Shown here piece after piece: positions 63,710-64,000 of a DNA stretch of 64,000 nt. This DNA is from Camelus dromedarius. Lineage: Eukaryota. The position numbers and the translations under genes were made by a program. Numbering within the stretch: the stretch's first letter is position 1; each line of letters starts with the position of its first letter. The stretch is taken from NCBI RefSeq assembly GCF_036321535.1, contig NC_087437.1:59522001-59586000 (forward strand). Reading direction: 5' to 3'. The notes under the pieces are model-generated. The model had not been told where the DNA came from, made no database searches, and worked only from the letters and a program-made list of their open reading frames with translations.

Positions 63710-63938
63710 TTGAGGGGACATAGCCACATCACCTTTCTCACTCTCCTGGTGACACTGCAACTGTTAAATGTCTCCCTGTTAGACTGTAAACCCATGCATG
63801 AGTGCAAAGATTGTTTCTGCCTTATTTATCACTCTGAGCCAAGCCCTTGGCAGAGCCCCGGGCGCAGCTATTTTTGTTAACCAGAGGATGGTTGGTTGGA
63901 TGGAACGATGGGTTGGTGAATAAATGAACGAACAAATG
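63710..63938 (+). mobile_element. L2 3' end
   Basis: tgtctccctgttagactgtaaacccatg...tgccttatttatcactctg...tggtgaataaatgaacgaacaaatg. Confidence 0.75.
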
Positions 63939-64000
63939 ATCAGGTGATAGAGAGTGGGTTTCACCAAATGTTTTTTTCATTTCCTTATTTATGCATTTTA

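Noticed and set aside
1..64000. CRISPR array, operon or prokaryotic defence system
   Set aside because: No regularly spaced direct repeats and no dense long ORFs; the sequence is mammalian.

Overview
Eukaryotic, non-coding mammalian genomic DNA. It is almost certainly from a camelid (alpaca/llama/camel lineage), judged by two tRNA-Ala(AGC)-derived Vic-1-type SINEs and cetartiodactyl/camelid-type L1 3' ends. I find no protein-coding exon, rRNA, bona fide tRNA gene, CRISPR or prokaryotic system. The ORF track consists of chance ORFs or ORFs across microsatellites. The window looks like a gene desert or very large intron. It is rich in ancient repeats (MIR, L2, CR1/L3, L1M, MaLR/ERVL LTRs, hAT MER elements), has a few young L1/SINE insertions with visible target-site duplications (TSDs), and has several repeat-free islands that may be enhancers. 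The most notable structure is at 6671-7459: a ~755-bp TSD-flanked insertion built from ancient nested L1MC/L1MA fragments plus a young L1 3' end and poly(A). Its 5' part is inverted as in twin priming, so it appears to be a retrocopy of a transcript from another repeat-mosaic locus. Repeat subfamily names come from recalled consensus sequences, and boundaries of old repeats are approximate.
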